A stretch of 64,000 nucleotides of DNA from Tubiluchus corallicola (taxonomy: Eukaryota; Animalia; Priapulida), in the NCBI GenBank assembly GCA_030141605.1, contig JAQGDQ010000233.1:62001-126000 (forward strand), in the 5' to 3' direction. Position numbers and translations under genes: made by a program. Under the pieces are notes generated by a model, which worked only from the letters and a program-made list of their open reading frames with translations, was not told the origin of the DNA and did not search any database. Below, in pieces: positions 13,901 through 27,695 of this stretch (position 1 is the stretch's first letter; the number at the start of each line of letters is the position of its first letter).

Positions 13901-16900
13901 CATTATACCTGATAGGACTAAAAAGAAATCTAAGACAAATAAATCTATGATAAGCAGATACTTAACTATAATAGCATTTATTTTAATTAATAAACTAGTA
14001 ATAAAAGCTGAAGCAACAGGAAAAAACCTACCTCCATGTTGTATTAGAATGTCTAAGATGTCAGATATGTCTTGACTTTTAGCTGATGGCGTTCCTAAAC
14101 TAGACGGCACACTACTACTGGGTACAAGACCTTGTCCAACAGGTCTCTGCAGCAACTGCTGAACCTGTGTTAGGAAGCAAAAAGATATAATTAGTGTACC
14201 TATAAAACCAGAAATTAATGAGGGCAAATATATGAAAAGCCAGTAGACTAGAGAAAATTCGAGCTACCAACTTAAAGTGAGCAAAACCAGGTTGTCATGT
14301 GACCTTGACCTTTGATCTGTTGACTTTTGAAAAACTCTTTGCTGATCACTGCCACTTTTGCAGAATGCAAGTCATTTTTCTGAACTATGTTACAAAGTAC
14401 TGGATATTCAGTATTTCTATCTATTTTTGATTTGTTCTTATGATTATTTTTGTTCTTGAACACATTATATTTTATATTATTGTACATATTTCTTTCTTTA
14501 CGCTTTACAATCGACCTAACAGCTACAACAAGAAAAACACAAAAATAAGTCAAAGACGTTTACCCGTTTGTTGATAAGTTGTTTGGTTGCCTCAGAGTAA
14601 TCTGGAGGTGGTTTTCCGACAGGAATGCTGCTTTCATTCACAGTAGGTGGGCTTGGAGAAGGGCTGGGACTTCCCGTGGTGTTGGTCATTGGAAAAAGTG
14701 TACCTCCAGGAAGAGAAAAAGACCTGCAAAAACAAGCAAAATAAAACTCATAGATTTTCTTCGAATTTGCATGAAAGTTGACCACAATGAAAGTTTGTTT
14801 AGCAACTAACTAGTACAAGTTCTAATTTTTTAAAACTCTGCAAAAAACTAAGAATGCTTGTTTTCAACTTTTAGTATAACTTATTTCCATCTGCACTGAC
14901 ATTTGTACGAGGCAAGCAAGGGGTATTGAGCTAAAATCAGGTCCAATCTCGAAACCTTCTTGTTTTGAGTTGCACTGGGAAAACACATGCCTTGATTGTA
15001 TATAAAACTGGTTAATAATTAATTAAAATCGATTGAAATTATACTCGAGTAGAATAAATGAGTTTTTACATCAAGCCAAATTCTGGTAATATAAATTGAA
15101 AAACAGTCCAATGCCTGGATTTTCCTTTGTCAATGCGGAACTTTTTATTTACATGTACCGCAAAAAAGATCAGTCACAGTCACAGATTATATTTTGCATT
15201 ATTTTGCTTGTATAGTTTCGTTCGTATACTACTCTGGCATTATTCATGTTTGTACAAAAGATTCTCTATTACATCAGTTTAGTGCAAATGTGTTCGTATT
15301 ATAGATGTCAGCTGCCAACCTGACAATGAGAACATTTAATTTTTAATAATTCATTGTAACTATGAAAACAATTGAAGACAAAAATGTGTCAAATTTCATT
15401 CTTACATTCATGTACTGAATGCACCACTCATTCTGGCATTTTGTTTGTTGTTTTACAATACTGAATTACCCTCTATCTAACTAAAAACTCATTTTGTGCA
15501 TTTTCCAAATGTGAAGCTTACCTTTGGTGACCTATCCCATTCAGACCAGCTTGCCGACTGGTACCTACCACATCTTTAGATGCCACGCTTGTGATTAGTA
15601 ATGGCTGCACTGCGGACATAACAGTTGAAGAAACTGATGGATGAACTTTAGTTTGTAGCTGAGCCAATGATGAATTCACCGGCATGCGCATTACTTGAAC
15701 ATTTCCGGGTTGGGTCACTTGTTGTATCTGCTGCTTCTGCAGTTGCAACTTCTGCTGTTGCTGGACAAGAAAGTTCTGCTTAGCCTGCAACTTCTGCCAG
15801 AGTTTTACCTCTTCGGGAGTAAAGTGGAGACCGGTGGAATTGTTCTGTTGTTGACGGATCATGCCCAATTGCTGAGCTTTCAAGGTTAATTGTGACTTTT
15901 TCAATTCTAATTCCAATTCTTCAATTTTCTTCTGTTGCTGTCGTATCAATTGATCGGTAACTAGCTGTGGTAGCTTAGGTGCAATTGGTACATTTTGGTG
16001 TACTTCTGCCTTTGCTGGTGCCGAGGTTTCCTCAGTCTCCATGGGAACAGCAGATGCAGGTCGTATCTGGATGTTAGTCAATGGCGTACCTTTGGAGTAT
16101 CAAAAAAAGAATAAATTTTTAAATAACACAATAAAAAAATCACATCTTGCACTATAGCAATTTACTCCATAGTTGTAAAATGAGCCAAAATTTCTCAAAC
16201 TGTTATAGTATACACTCATATCTCAGTTTGCCAGACAAGAGCGGGGAGACGTCGGTCCAAATTTGCCGATTGTCCGTATTTTCCGATACTAAACTAATAC
16301 AACAGGCACCGTGTATTAGACTAGTGGTAATGCAGAATCAATCGTTTAATTGTCTCAGAAACGTCTAGTACGGGCCGCTCCTGTGTAAAAGTATATAAAA
16401 ACTGTTGGCAATTGACTCAAAGAACTGCATAATTGATAATACATTTTCATACATAGAGATATACACATGGTTACACAGATGTACGTGATGTAAACAAAGT
16501 GACAGCCTGCCAACTAGCGATCGGCTTGCGAAATAACGGACTGTGTCAGTATTATGCGGGACTTTTAACGGACCAGATTATGTCTGAATTTTCAGATATC
16601 CGTAAAAATGAGGTCCGGCACACTGAGATATGTGCGTTATGAATACTGAGAAAACTGCAATGCAGTATTTGTACACCAAAAATTCAGTCCATCAAAGGTA
16701 ATTAACAGATTTGTAAATATCAAAAATTGTTATTTATGAAAGTGATGTGCAAGTATGGAAGTATGAAGCTCAGTAGTTTAAACACCTAAACAACTGAAAA
16801 TAGTATCAAACCGAAACTAATTATTGCCACAAATGTAATAATGCATTCTTTTTTATTATACAAAGATAAAATGTATAAGCTGATTCTTGTGCCAATCCGC

Positions 16901-19900
16901 TTTCGCTTATAGTAAGATAAACTGTTTGTTCATAAGAGCTGATACATGACTACTCTAACAGGAGGCAGATATGTTGAATGTTTAGTGTACATAAAGGATA
17001 ACCAATTTCACATTATATAACATTAATCCTTTACACCCAATTCTCAAGTTACATAGAATCTGAAATCCAGCTTACCGTTATACTATTGTAAGCATGTGTA
17101 TTTGGCAAAATGCAGTAGTAAATGTTTCAACTTAACTAACATTATAACTATTAAATTCACTCATTTGCTACAGAATGACTGAAAAATACAACACTGATTC
17201 AAGTCCTTTCAACAGACTAAAATGTACTTTAGCAGCTGTGTATGCAGAACAGTTACAACAAAACGACGAACTTTAACTTTAAGTGTGATTTTAAGTAAAA
17301 CTGGTTTTATTATCAGTGGTTTTACTAACAATGATTACTGTACTAACAAAAACATACCCTGTGCAGTGGGCTGACTAGGAAGCGTGGTATTAACAGGGCT
17401 AACCATAGTTGCAAGAGTTTGAATACCAGATGTCACTGGGCTTACAAGCTGATTTCTATTGTTCACTTGTTGCATTGGTTGCACAGCAATAACTAGTGGA
17501 TTCATCGTGGTCACCTAAACATTGCAATAAAATCTTAATTGGAAAAGTTAGACTACTAAGACATACAGCTGTAACTAAAGTAGCTGCTTGTTGTCGTCAC
17601 CGTCATCGTGGCAGTGAGTTAGCTAGAGAAGGAGAATGTTATTAACATATTTGTGACTCACACATTTTAAACTTAAGACTGGAAACAAATTTAATAATGC
17701 AGTATCTTAATGATTAAACTAAGCAATGGACATTTTGAATCGTAAGACTACACAGGTTCAAGTTACAGCTTTATGAGTTTCCAACCAGCAAGTGTTACCA
17801 AATTCAAGCAATATTTTATTTAGATGCGTAAAGAGACAGAAACTGAGCTACAAAAATTCCAAAAACAGCAACAACATTTGCGGATTATAAACTCTAAATT
17901 AAAAGGGCCTAAAATTCTAATTCTAAAAAGAATGGGATGCCGAGCAATTTCCTATTTTTTCTGAGCAATAGTATGTTTACAGTGTGGCATAGCTGACAAA
18001 CAGTCATTTGTAACCTTTATACCAGAAATAGCAGTAGAAGCAGCATTACTAGTATGGTTGAGCCAATAACATCAAAGGTGGCAAAACATCTTCATGATGA
18101 CTGCTATGGTTTGCAAGGTTACTTGCATGCTAACACTTTTTCTTCCTTCCGTTAACTGTTCTGTGTTTATCATATTTTAAGGTCGGACAGCATGTATGCG
18201 TAAACCGTGATGTGTGATCAGTAATGAGCGATGCGTATTAATAGTTTCCGTATGACTATGGTTATATATAACTAGAGCTCACAACACTCTTTCTGCCACT
18301 ATTTGGTTGCTGTACGTGAAAACTGGAAGTAATAATTTTTGAAAAGCTTTTTGAAATAACAAATGAAAGGACTGCAACTAGATGTATAACAACATAATTA
18401 TAAGCTTCTTCTGCCTCTCAAAATGAACAAAATATTATTGTGAGTAGATCCTGAAGTAACCAAAATTCACCTGATCAGAATGCCAATCACCAAAAATCGT
18501 CACCGCATACTTGAAAACTTGCTAGATTACCCAAACAACAGCAGTTGTTGCCCATCTGCATACTGCTGTGTCATGCATATTCGGACAATAACAATCATGT
18601 TCGAATGAATATGAATCACATATCACGCATTAAGAATTGCATGTTACGTGAAAATGGAAACACTTCCACGTGTTTAAATATAAACTGTTGTATATACATC
18701 ACATCATGGACTATGCATCACATGTAGATGGAGTCCTACTTTAACACTGAAGTCGCAGCTCTTTATTCAATTTCACTCTCCCACTTCTTTATAATTTTTG
18801 AATGATAAAGCAATGCGCTTTATCATTGTGCTTTTTTCAATGCGCTAAATCAATAGTTATGTCATTTAGCAAAGTATTGGAACTTTTAAGTATCTAACTA
18901 TTACTATAGCTACCTGTGGCGTTGGACTCTGAAGAGAAGGTGGATTAGGACTGGAGGCAACCATATTTACTGAATCAGGGTTTTCAGGTGACATGGCTTT
19001 CACAGACATTGGTCCACATCCCTAAAATTATATTTCATTAGAGCAAAAACATGTAAAATTGTATTAAAGTTATTTACACGTAATGAACTACACGTCAATA
19101 CAAGAGGCAATAGGCTCACAGATTCCACGGGAAACCATTTTTGCAGTACTATGATCCCAAGCTGTATCAGTGATGTTCCCTAGTCTGTCAAATAGTTTTT
19201 AAAGTGTAGTATAATCCACGCCTAATACTGACATGAACACATTAAATGCATTATCGGACGGATTATAGAACAAAATCAAAGTTGCATAGACTTCAACAAA
19301 AGCACTATATATGCTGCTAAATGATACCACACCAGACATCAAAACTAAAACAGGCCTACTAATAGGTATTTAGTTAACACTTCCACAGTGTGTGTATAAA
19401 ACATTTAATCCTGTTACTGTTAATTGTAGTTCACTTAAGCAAGAAAGAAATTAGTATAGCCCCAACAAACATAGCTGTAAACCGAAAGAAATAAAAGAGT
19501 ACTAGGCACCCATAGACACTTGAATACCAGTTAACTACAACTGATCCACGTGTCAAATTACAAACTCCAGTGTCCAGAATTTGAATTTGCACATATACGT
19601 ATTTACATCAGCTATATTTACATACTTGTATAAAAACGACTGTAGTATATGAATGTAAATAGGACAATAATCATTCTGACCATATTACATAATCTGCCAA
19701 TTACATAATTAAGCGATGAAATATACAATTACAAATATTTACGAATACTGTTCAGCTACAGAAACCTTATCTAAGACAAAGTTTAAACAACACAATGTTT
19801 AACATGTAGTGTAGTACAAACCACATTTATGTCAGAGCTTGGTGATGTTGGTGGTGTCGCCATGGTTACACTATTATCATCATGCACAACTGGCTGTGAC

Positions 19901-22900
19901 ATGGCAATAGCAGACTGTCCTGGATTCTGAGCTTTCTGCAACTGAAAATAATATAATTTATGAGGCTACAAAACAACACATGACAGTTACCAACATGAAT
20001 ATTTGCTGTTTATGAATTAATTATCTTATAGCAATTTATTTTAAAATTGCTGGCAATACACCATTCCCTTATTAAACTGAATAACCTTGTTTATGAAATA
20101 AGACTCCATTTGTAATCATTCACAGAAATACCTGTTGCAGTTGCGCCAGGTTTATAGTAAAGCTTTGCACTGGCTGCAGAGTGATGGTACTTGACGTAGG
20201 AACAGATGGAGGAGTTGGTGCCATGCTCACATCAGCATATGGTTTCAACCGTTCTATCAGCTGAGGTTTTGGTCCTAAAATTCAAATAACATATTTTGAA
20301 TATCTTGAATAAGTTTGCACTTGTGCATCCTTCCTTTACCACTAGCAGAATACCAATATAACTGCAATAATTTTAATTGCAAGTGCATCAGTCCCAGCTG
20401 GACCTGCAAATAAGCAAAGAAAAGACAACTTTCCAGTATATATTCCAGAGGCAAGAATGGAGACAAAATGTTGCAGAAACTAAGTTTGAATTCTTCAAAA
20501 TTGCACTTATCAATCATCACGTTAGTGAAGCAGGCTCTTCCTCTACTTTTGAAAGACTCAGAAGACGAATACGTAGCAAGTACTGCAGAACAAGTTCACG
20601 ATTTAGAAACTTGGATTAAGGACACGTCTAAGCACCATCAGTTCAAATACTGGCCACCCGTACTTGAACTAGAGCTACTTGTCATGGATTATGTACAGTC
20701 AATAAGGGAAAGCAACTTTGAACTTTACATCCAAGTGCGTGGCCAGATGAAATCCCGGATGTCGGCCTTGAACCATCATCATTATGCTCACTGGTTGCCA
20801 GTACATATTTGTGACATGATGGCCTTGGTTCATAAGAATCTTAAAGTTTATGAGGCACTTATGGAGAGTAAGTTTGTTGCGCAAAAGTTTGAGAATACAC
20901 TCAGAAGACTTAAAATGGGATGTAACCTCACACTGATGCGCCGCAAAAAGCTGTATAAATCTTTTAACTTTCATAATTCCTTAATGTTTCTTCACAATTT
21001 GCGTAATTGTTTCTGAGCAGAATCTTGGACTTGTGTTCATTAATTAGAAACCGTTAATTAATTTTTGTAGCTGAAATTTTAAGTGAGGATAATCTTATAC
21101 AAAATTGCCTAGATCTTCCTATTTTCTCCGTCCTAGATATACTTTCTTCATAATTTGTGCAGTTTTTCTGCTTATTGCTATAACATAGGAACTTCTCAGC
21201 AAAAAAACTGATATAATAATCTCAAAAACTGAAAACTTAAGTCTCATCTTTAGATACCTGAGACAGGCAAATTTCGTTTTTTCAGCTCAGCCTTCAAATC
21301 TGCAACTTTTAGATCTTCCAAATTAGTTTTGGACAAGTCACGTTGGTCTTGCGAATGTTGTATGACGTTTCCTGTATTGCCTGTAAGAAAATTGTATCAG
21401 TACTGCAGAGCAACATGAATTTTGAAATCGCAGGTAAAAACAGTTCAAATTTGTTATTTAAACACAGAATTATTTACCAATATCAAGCATTCGTGATTCC
21501 AGCCATCACAACAGTATTGGCTGCAAGCAGTTCTAATCACTGAGTAATTTTCTATAACATTAAACAATAATATGATATGGCACTTCAACATGTTAAGGAA
21601 TAAGCAAGCAGACTAATACTATGCCATCATTCACAAAAAGTAAATGAATGACAGACAAGTTAGGATTGTTTTACATTATCCCAAATATCTTTAAACAAAC
21701 TGATTCATATTACTTATATTTTATGAAACAATAAAGGCAAATGTAAGAGAAATAGCAAAATTAATAACCACATCTTAATAATAATAATTTTTGGTACTTA
21801 TCATGTTCTTCATCTGTAACAACATTAAAAACAAAAAAGCCAATTCCTACCGCTGCTGTTTAGCGCCATCTCTGGACGTGGTTGCGTTGTGAGCACAAGC
21901 TGTGGATACTTGTTTTGCAATTCCAGCTGCCACTGTAAGAACAGCTGCTGCTGCTTCAACAAAAGCTCATAAGGTGACTCGGATATCGCTTGTCCTTCTT
22001 TACCAGTTTGCAAGGATGCACTGCTTCTCTTCTGAGCATTTGGTGGACCTTTGTATTCATGGAACTGAAATGTACAAATGTGATTCACAAATTTACTGGA
22101 CACAACCTTACCATCTGGCATGTGAAATATTTGATCAATTGCACAAAACAGGAGGCATGCATTAAAATTTACCACATCAAATTTATGGGCACTAGAAAGA
22201 TTTAAACAAATTAATAATGAACATCAAAGCACAGATAGCAGCTACACCATACTTTGATAGTTTTTGCCTTCGGCTGCGTCTTAGGGGGCTTCTTTTTTGA
22301 CCGCCGACTAGTCTGATTGGTTCCAGAGTACTTGGCTCTAGCTTGAGCAGTCACAGAAGAGCTTGCACCTACAAAATGAAAATGGCATATCTTCTTAAAG
22401 GTACTTTAACAATATAAACAGACGCATATAAATTCACGTACATATGCAAGCAGACATATATGCAGACACACATACGCCCATGCAAACATCTTGCAGAACC
22501 ACATTTCCTCAACCATCTTAAAAAGTTGAAAAACCGGCACAAATAGAATTTGGCAAAAAATGTTTCTGCAATACCTAGCTCAAAAGAGAGATACAGTTGA
22601 TTTATTTATAAAAATGTTACGTAACCTGAAAAAATCTGTTAGTAGGCACTCGCACTTCAAAAAAATTACTAATGATTTAAGTTTATATGCATAATCCTTA
22701 CATATCTATAAATATTTGTTTAAGTTAGTTTGTCTGTGAAGTCTTACCAGGTGATGTTCCTCGCACAGAACGCTGATTTGATCCTGTTGGTGGCTTTGGG
22801 GGTGGAGGAGGTGGAGGAGGATGTTGTGCAGCACCTTTAACTGGCAATTTTGCGGGCAAAGGAGGAGGTGGTGGTGGCTGAGGAGGAGAAGGAATGCTGG

Positions 22901-25478
22901 GAGAATGTTCCGAGGGCTCGACCGGTGAGGGAGCTCCGTCACTGCCACTCATGGAATCATCTTCTGGAAAGCTAAAGGCTGGTTTGTCTTTTCCTTCTTC
23001 AGTTTTAACATAAGATACAGTGCCATCTAAAAAAGTATGTAAGATTTCAAGCTTGTCACTATTTGCTAAATAAATAACTATTTATAAATAAAAAAGAGTT
23101 TTGAAAACAAGAAATGGCTCCAAATTATGTTGATTTACTAGCCAAAAATGCTATATCACCACACAAAAAGTGGTCATACCAGTTAGTGCTTGTATTAATG
23201 TCTCATCCGTTTCTAGGATGTGTCGATTGACAAGTTCTAGAGGTCCTGGCCTATGAGCTATCATATCATTCAAATGGTCGGCTAACTTTGCCCGTTTTAG
23301 CTGATGGACTTTTTCTTGCACCGCTGGATCAATGTTGGTATCTGGAAAAGGAAAATTAATAAGCATAACGAAAATTAAAACTGCAACTAGAAAAAAAATC
23401 ATTAAGATTTTTATGAAGTAAAAACAAGTAGTCCGGCAAAGAGATAGATGTTGAAGAAACTTGTAATAGAGTGATGGTACGGTCAAGGTGACGTAAACTG
23501 ACTTATTTTTACTATCTAATAAGAATTGTGAATGTATCCATTATCCAGCTTTCATTTGTCAATCTTCTTAAAATTGTGAAAATGTGAAAGCTTTTTCACA
23601 CGATGACAGAGATAACATAATCTATCATGAGCAAATGACGGAGAGCTGGCTATTTTCGTGACAACTTACCTAACGAAAATGAGTAGATGTTTTTAGAAGC
23701 TTTTTTGTTTATTGTTATTCATGCAATGCAGTACATCTGGATGCACCTGGCTGGGTTTATGGGAAAGAAAAGCGACAAAGTCTGATTGGTCAGGATCTTC
23801 CTGATGATTCCAAATGTAGTGTTGCTATGTTTGCTGTCAATGACGTAATTTTCTTTGACAAATTTGTGATTCTTTTGATCAATATTCTTAATGACAAGTT
23901 TACCTTCTAAGATGTGATGCTGTACAAGTTCTTGTCTGTCAGGACGTTGCTGTATCTTATGCTTAAGAGTGTCAGCCATCCGTGCTCGTTCCAGTTGCCT
24001 CCTCTGCTCATGATATGCAGCAGGTGACTTTAAAGCTGCAGTATGCAATAATATTATTTCACTATTTGACCAAAAAAAGCAGTCTTGCACATAAAGACAC
24101 AGTTACAGCATTTGCAGATCTTTCATACAGAATCTCGAAAATTTTTAATAACAATAATTTATGCTGATATGGTCAAACTACAATGAAACACATACTTCAG
24201 CAAGAAAGCAAAAACAATACTGAAAAAATTACTTTGTAACCAGGTACCAGATTTTATTAGACAATGACAATTTACTAAAAATTATAATGCATCTTAAATA
24301 AGATTAATTTTTGAAAACAAAAAACAAACAGAGAAAAGATGTTATTAAAAAGCACCCAAAAAGTACTTACGTGGCATAATGCCTTGATCCACTAACTGAG
24401 TGATTGGACGACGAATCATTAGCTTTACTTTTAATGCTAGAAAAGAATCATTTATGCACAAAGCCTGATCAAATTTAGTATGTTAAGTGAACAATTATTA
24501 AAAGCCATAGTAAAAAATACATCATGTCTCTATGATGTGAACGAGGTATCTTCAATAAAGATTACATCGAGTGTTAATTAGTAAAAATGTAAAGCCAACC
24601 AAACTTTGACTGACATTAATTAACCCTTTAACTCTTTTAGACAAAAATCAACTTTTGGTGAGTTGAGTATAAAGATTACACTCACAATTGATGATATAAA
24701 CTTTCAAATCATACAAATGAAAAACATTGACTTTAGATCTTGTTTGACACTCTGTGACACATATCCTCAGTAGCTCTTTACACTTATTTTTCCTGTCATT
24801 TTTTCACTATGAATAAAAGAGAAATGCTCACATTCTTTATTTTTGTCCATCGATTCTTGCAATGATGTCTCTTCGACTAGCACAATAGGTGCAGATCCCT
24901 TTTGCTCGAGTACTTCATCTAAAACCATTACACATACACATTTGGTCTAGCATCGTAGTTTGAAAACACAGATCAGTAAAAAAACAAATTAACTTCTTTA
25001 ACTAAGGAGCTGATCTGTCTTACAAGTGTAGTAACCCCCTCCTATAATGATTATAACAACAACACAAACACTTTATTTAAATTAAAAAACTTCTTTGTTT
25101 GAAACCTATTGGCATAAAAATGCTTTGTCAATGTGCAACAGCATGGCTTCAGGTAAAACCAAATGAGTTGTTTTTATATTTACTAATTACCTAGAATACT
25201 ATTTCTCTTCAATTTAACTCGATAGCAAGTTTTGGAATTAACTTTGTTTTTCCGGAATGGTTGACAATGGTCTCAGTTTTCATCTTAACTCATTAAATGT
25301 AATTGCTGTAGATATACATTGGAATGGTTGACAACGGTCTCAGTTTTCGTCTTAACTCATTAAATGTAATTGCTGTAAATATATATTAATTTACTAAATC
25401 ACATTTGAACTAAGCTTTACCCGTATCACCAGACGGTCCAGCGACAGCTGAGCCCTGGCTGCCATCCCAGCTAGCCAT
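10934..25478 (-). CDS. MRTF: Myocardin-related transcription factor (RPEL/SAP SRF coactivator), 17 coding exons, about 1095 aa
   Basis: Exons 25478-25421, 24918-24832, 24436-24371, 24035-23904, 23341-23180, 23026-22748, 22368-22253, 22064-21851, 21380-21258, 20274-20132, 19941-19822, 19021-18914, 17514-17358, 16089-15522, 14723-14564, 14164-14032, 11595-10934 join in frame (3288 nt). Domains: three RPEL repeats (RRPITQLVDQGIMP, RPDRQELVQHHILE, RPGPLELVNRHILE), basic box KKKPPKTQPKAKTIKFHEYKGPP, Q box LLKQQQLFLQWQLE, SAP domain DLKVADLKAELKKRNLPVSGPKPQLIERL, coiled coil QQKKIEELELELKKSQ, PPPDY, SQDISDILDILIQHGEL and an acidic C-terminal activation domain. The start ATG and the low-complexity middle exons are less certain. 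Confidence 0.93.
12644..13145. mobile_element. Tc1/mariner (Tigger/MER2-like) MITE in the last MRTF intron
   Basis: Terminal inverted repeats (TIRs) CGGTGTTCCCTC...GAGGGAACACTG with TA on both sides (12642-43, 13146-47). Internal hairpin TTATCGCGGGTG...CACCCGCGATAA. CpG-rich relative to its flanks. Confidence 0.85.
16213..16637. mobile_element. Older Tc1/mariner-type MITE
   Basis: Imperfect TIRs CATATCTCAGTTTGCCAGAC and GTCCGGCACACTGAGATATG, with TA near each end. Confidence 0.65.
20440..20900 (+). pseudogene. Fragment of a large uncharacterised, probably transposon-borne invertebrate protein, antisense in an MRTF intron
   Basis: QFKYWPPVLELELLVMDYVQSIRESNFELY...ALNHHHYAHWLPVHICDM...KFVAQK matches a remembered motif series (FxYW..LELELL..FVRS.RE.NF.LY; ALDHxHYARWL.VH.RDM) from multicopy invertebrate proteins. 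It is truncated on both sides. Confidence 0.7.
25254..25387. repeat. Tandem duplication, 2 x 67 bp
   Basis: GGAATGGTTGACAAYGGTCTCAGTTTTCRTCTTAACTCATTAAATGTAATTGCTGTARATATAYATT occurs at 25254 and 25321 with 4 mismatches. Confidence 0.95.
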
Positions 25479-26248
25479 GGTCCACAACTAATAGAAGAAA
25501 CTACGGAAATAACAAGTTTATTATCTTCGTAGCTTTGACAAAATGGCAACGTTGTGCAGCTTGTGCTCCACCAATCTCTGCGGCTTGGAGTGGCTTAACT
25601 ACAGATTCAAAAAATCTAGAAAATAAACACAGAACCTTCTCAGTGTGCTGCGTATTAAAAATATTGCAATACTAAATAATTTATGTAAGGAAAACTAGGT
25701 TGATCTAGCCTTTATTACATGTTGCCCAGTTACAAATAGTGGACATTGACATGTTTCAATCAATAAATCCATCATTATCTCAGTCTGTATACAGAGTAGA
25801 CCTAGAGAGGTCTGATATTTGCTAATAATCAATACAGTCTGCCGACCAAACAGCAAATTAAACTAGACTAAAGACAAGGTGCAACACAAAGAGCATTATG
25901 AAAATTCATGAATAGAAATTAATACATTAAATGATACAATGCAATAGAGTTACGAGAAGAGCAAAACTGCACATGATGCATAACAACTTACTCTGTAGTC
26001 TGTACAACTTTATATGCCATCACTTAGCGAAGGCCTACCTGGTATGTACCAATTCAACAATACTTAAAAGCAGATGAAAGCTGTCAGGGCACCCTCATAC
26101 AAATAAGAGAGAGTTTAGTTTAAACATACACAGTTTACAGCAATTTGCTATGACTTTTAACATGATGTCTGATACAAAAACATATATGTTGTACATACAT
26201 AACATGTACATGTAGTTTCTGTTCCATTGTTTCTATGTTTGTAGATAG

Positions 26249-26345
26249 GCAGTGATTTCAAAAACAGTTCTTGAAATCGTATTACACATTAAACTAGCAG
26301 TGATTTCAAAAACTGCTCGTGAAATCTTGTTATACATTAAACTAG
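26249..26345. repeat. Tandem duplication, 2 x 48 bp
   Basis: GCAGTGATTTCAAAAAC...GAAATC...ACATTAAACTA at 26249 and 26297. Confidence 0.9.
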
Positions 26346-27152
26346 TATAAATCTGCATTCTACAGGGAAACTACCTCATAACAATCTTTGAATTAGATGT
26401 CTTGAATCTATATCGAAAATGGATTGACCGATTTCGTTCTGCCAATATTTCATGGGTCTGCACCTGACAAGTGCAGCAACATCAATAACAAGGAATGTCA
26501 GCACTCAAGAAGCTTTGAAAGATGTAAGTACAATAAAACATGCCACTTCAACTGTTTTAGAGCATGAAGTGCAAATCAATATCAATACATTCTGGTTGTT
26601 TTCCATAAAACAAGCCTTTATTAGCACTAAAAGTGTTTGTTGCAAGTGCTAGCTGTGAATATGTACACAAATATAAAAGAAGTAGCACAATTATATTAAA
26701 ATAGGTAGATGTTAACTAGCAGTGTAGCTTTTTTAATGTGCTTTGGAACTTTTGTCTGCATTAGGCATTTTACATACACATGCATTCATGCAATCACATA
26801 TAACTTGTTACATAACATATATAAGTTGTCACAAAATAACTTTGTCACAATATTTGAAAGTTCAACTTGGTGTAAATCACTCTATTACAACCAAATGTAC
26901 AGTAATGTTATATTATTCATGACTGCAAAATTCAATATTTAGAAATGATGATTAATTATGCATCAGCTTAATGTTTATAATTATAAATTGATGAAGACAA
27001 ATACATTAGCATTATAATAACATTAAATTTAAAGATGAATTTTATGAATTATGATAATTTTGGATAATTAACAAAAAACTTATTTCAACATTAACAAGTC
27101 TAGTGTTAGTAAAGTGAGATAATGATATTTTTACAGTATCAAGTTCATTTAA

Positions 27153-27695
27153 AGGAAAGGCCAAACCTGGGAAGTTAGATTTATTTCAATGTTTGCAAAA
27201 AATGTTAGGATTTAGTAATAAAAGTGTGATAAGCGTGCTTTCTGTAGTTAGTAAAATCACTTTAAAGTAGAGATCATTTTACGCTTCAATTTTGAATGCC
27301 CAATCTTCCAAAAATAACGTTGTTCAGTGAAGTGAAGGAAAGTAATGCGCTATCAACTTCCATCAAAAGTACAATAAATCTTTACAAAAAATTAAATAGC
27401 TAATTTGGTGACATATTTGCATAAACATTGAGTAAGCTGCAGAAATTTGAATTTCTTCAAGCCAAGCACTTACGAAAAATCTAGAAGTTCCACCAGTTGT
27501 GTCATAATTTTAAAACAAACGGCAGCTATCACAGCGCCTAAAAATTTCTATCCAGCAGTAATATAAATTGACTTTATGCTTTATAGAAAGTTTTCGTGTA
27601 AATTTCTTTGTTATATTTTCTATGTTTAAGTGATAACAGTAAAATAAACATGAATAGTAAAATAAACATGAATGCAAAGTGACTTGTCCTTTCCT
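27153..27695 (+). mobile_element. Kolobok-type MITE, copy A (MRTF 5' intron)
   Basis: TTAA|AGGAAAGGCCAA...TTGTCCTTTCCT|CTAA. Aligns by eye over its whole length to the reverse complement of 38930-39469. Confidence 0.8.

Noticed and set aside
14298-14330. TGACCTTGACCTTTGATCT as a nuclear-receptor element
   Set aside because: This motif is a common component of dispersed invertebrate repeats, and similar decayed pieces occur near 36918 and 38250. No independent evidence of function.
21250-21257. MRTF donor GTATCTAA as a U12 site
   Set aside because: It lacks the CCTT of GTATCCTT, and no U12 branch lies near the 20275 acceptor.
22706-22948. His/Leu-rich 80-aa ORF
   Set aside because: It is an alternative frame of the MRTF polyproline exon.
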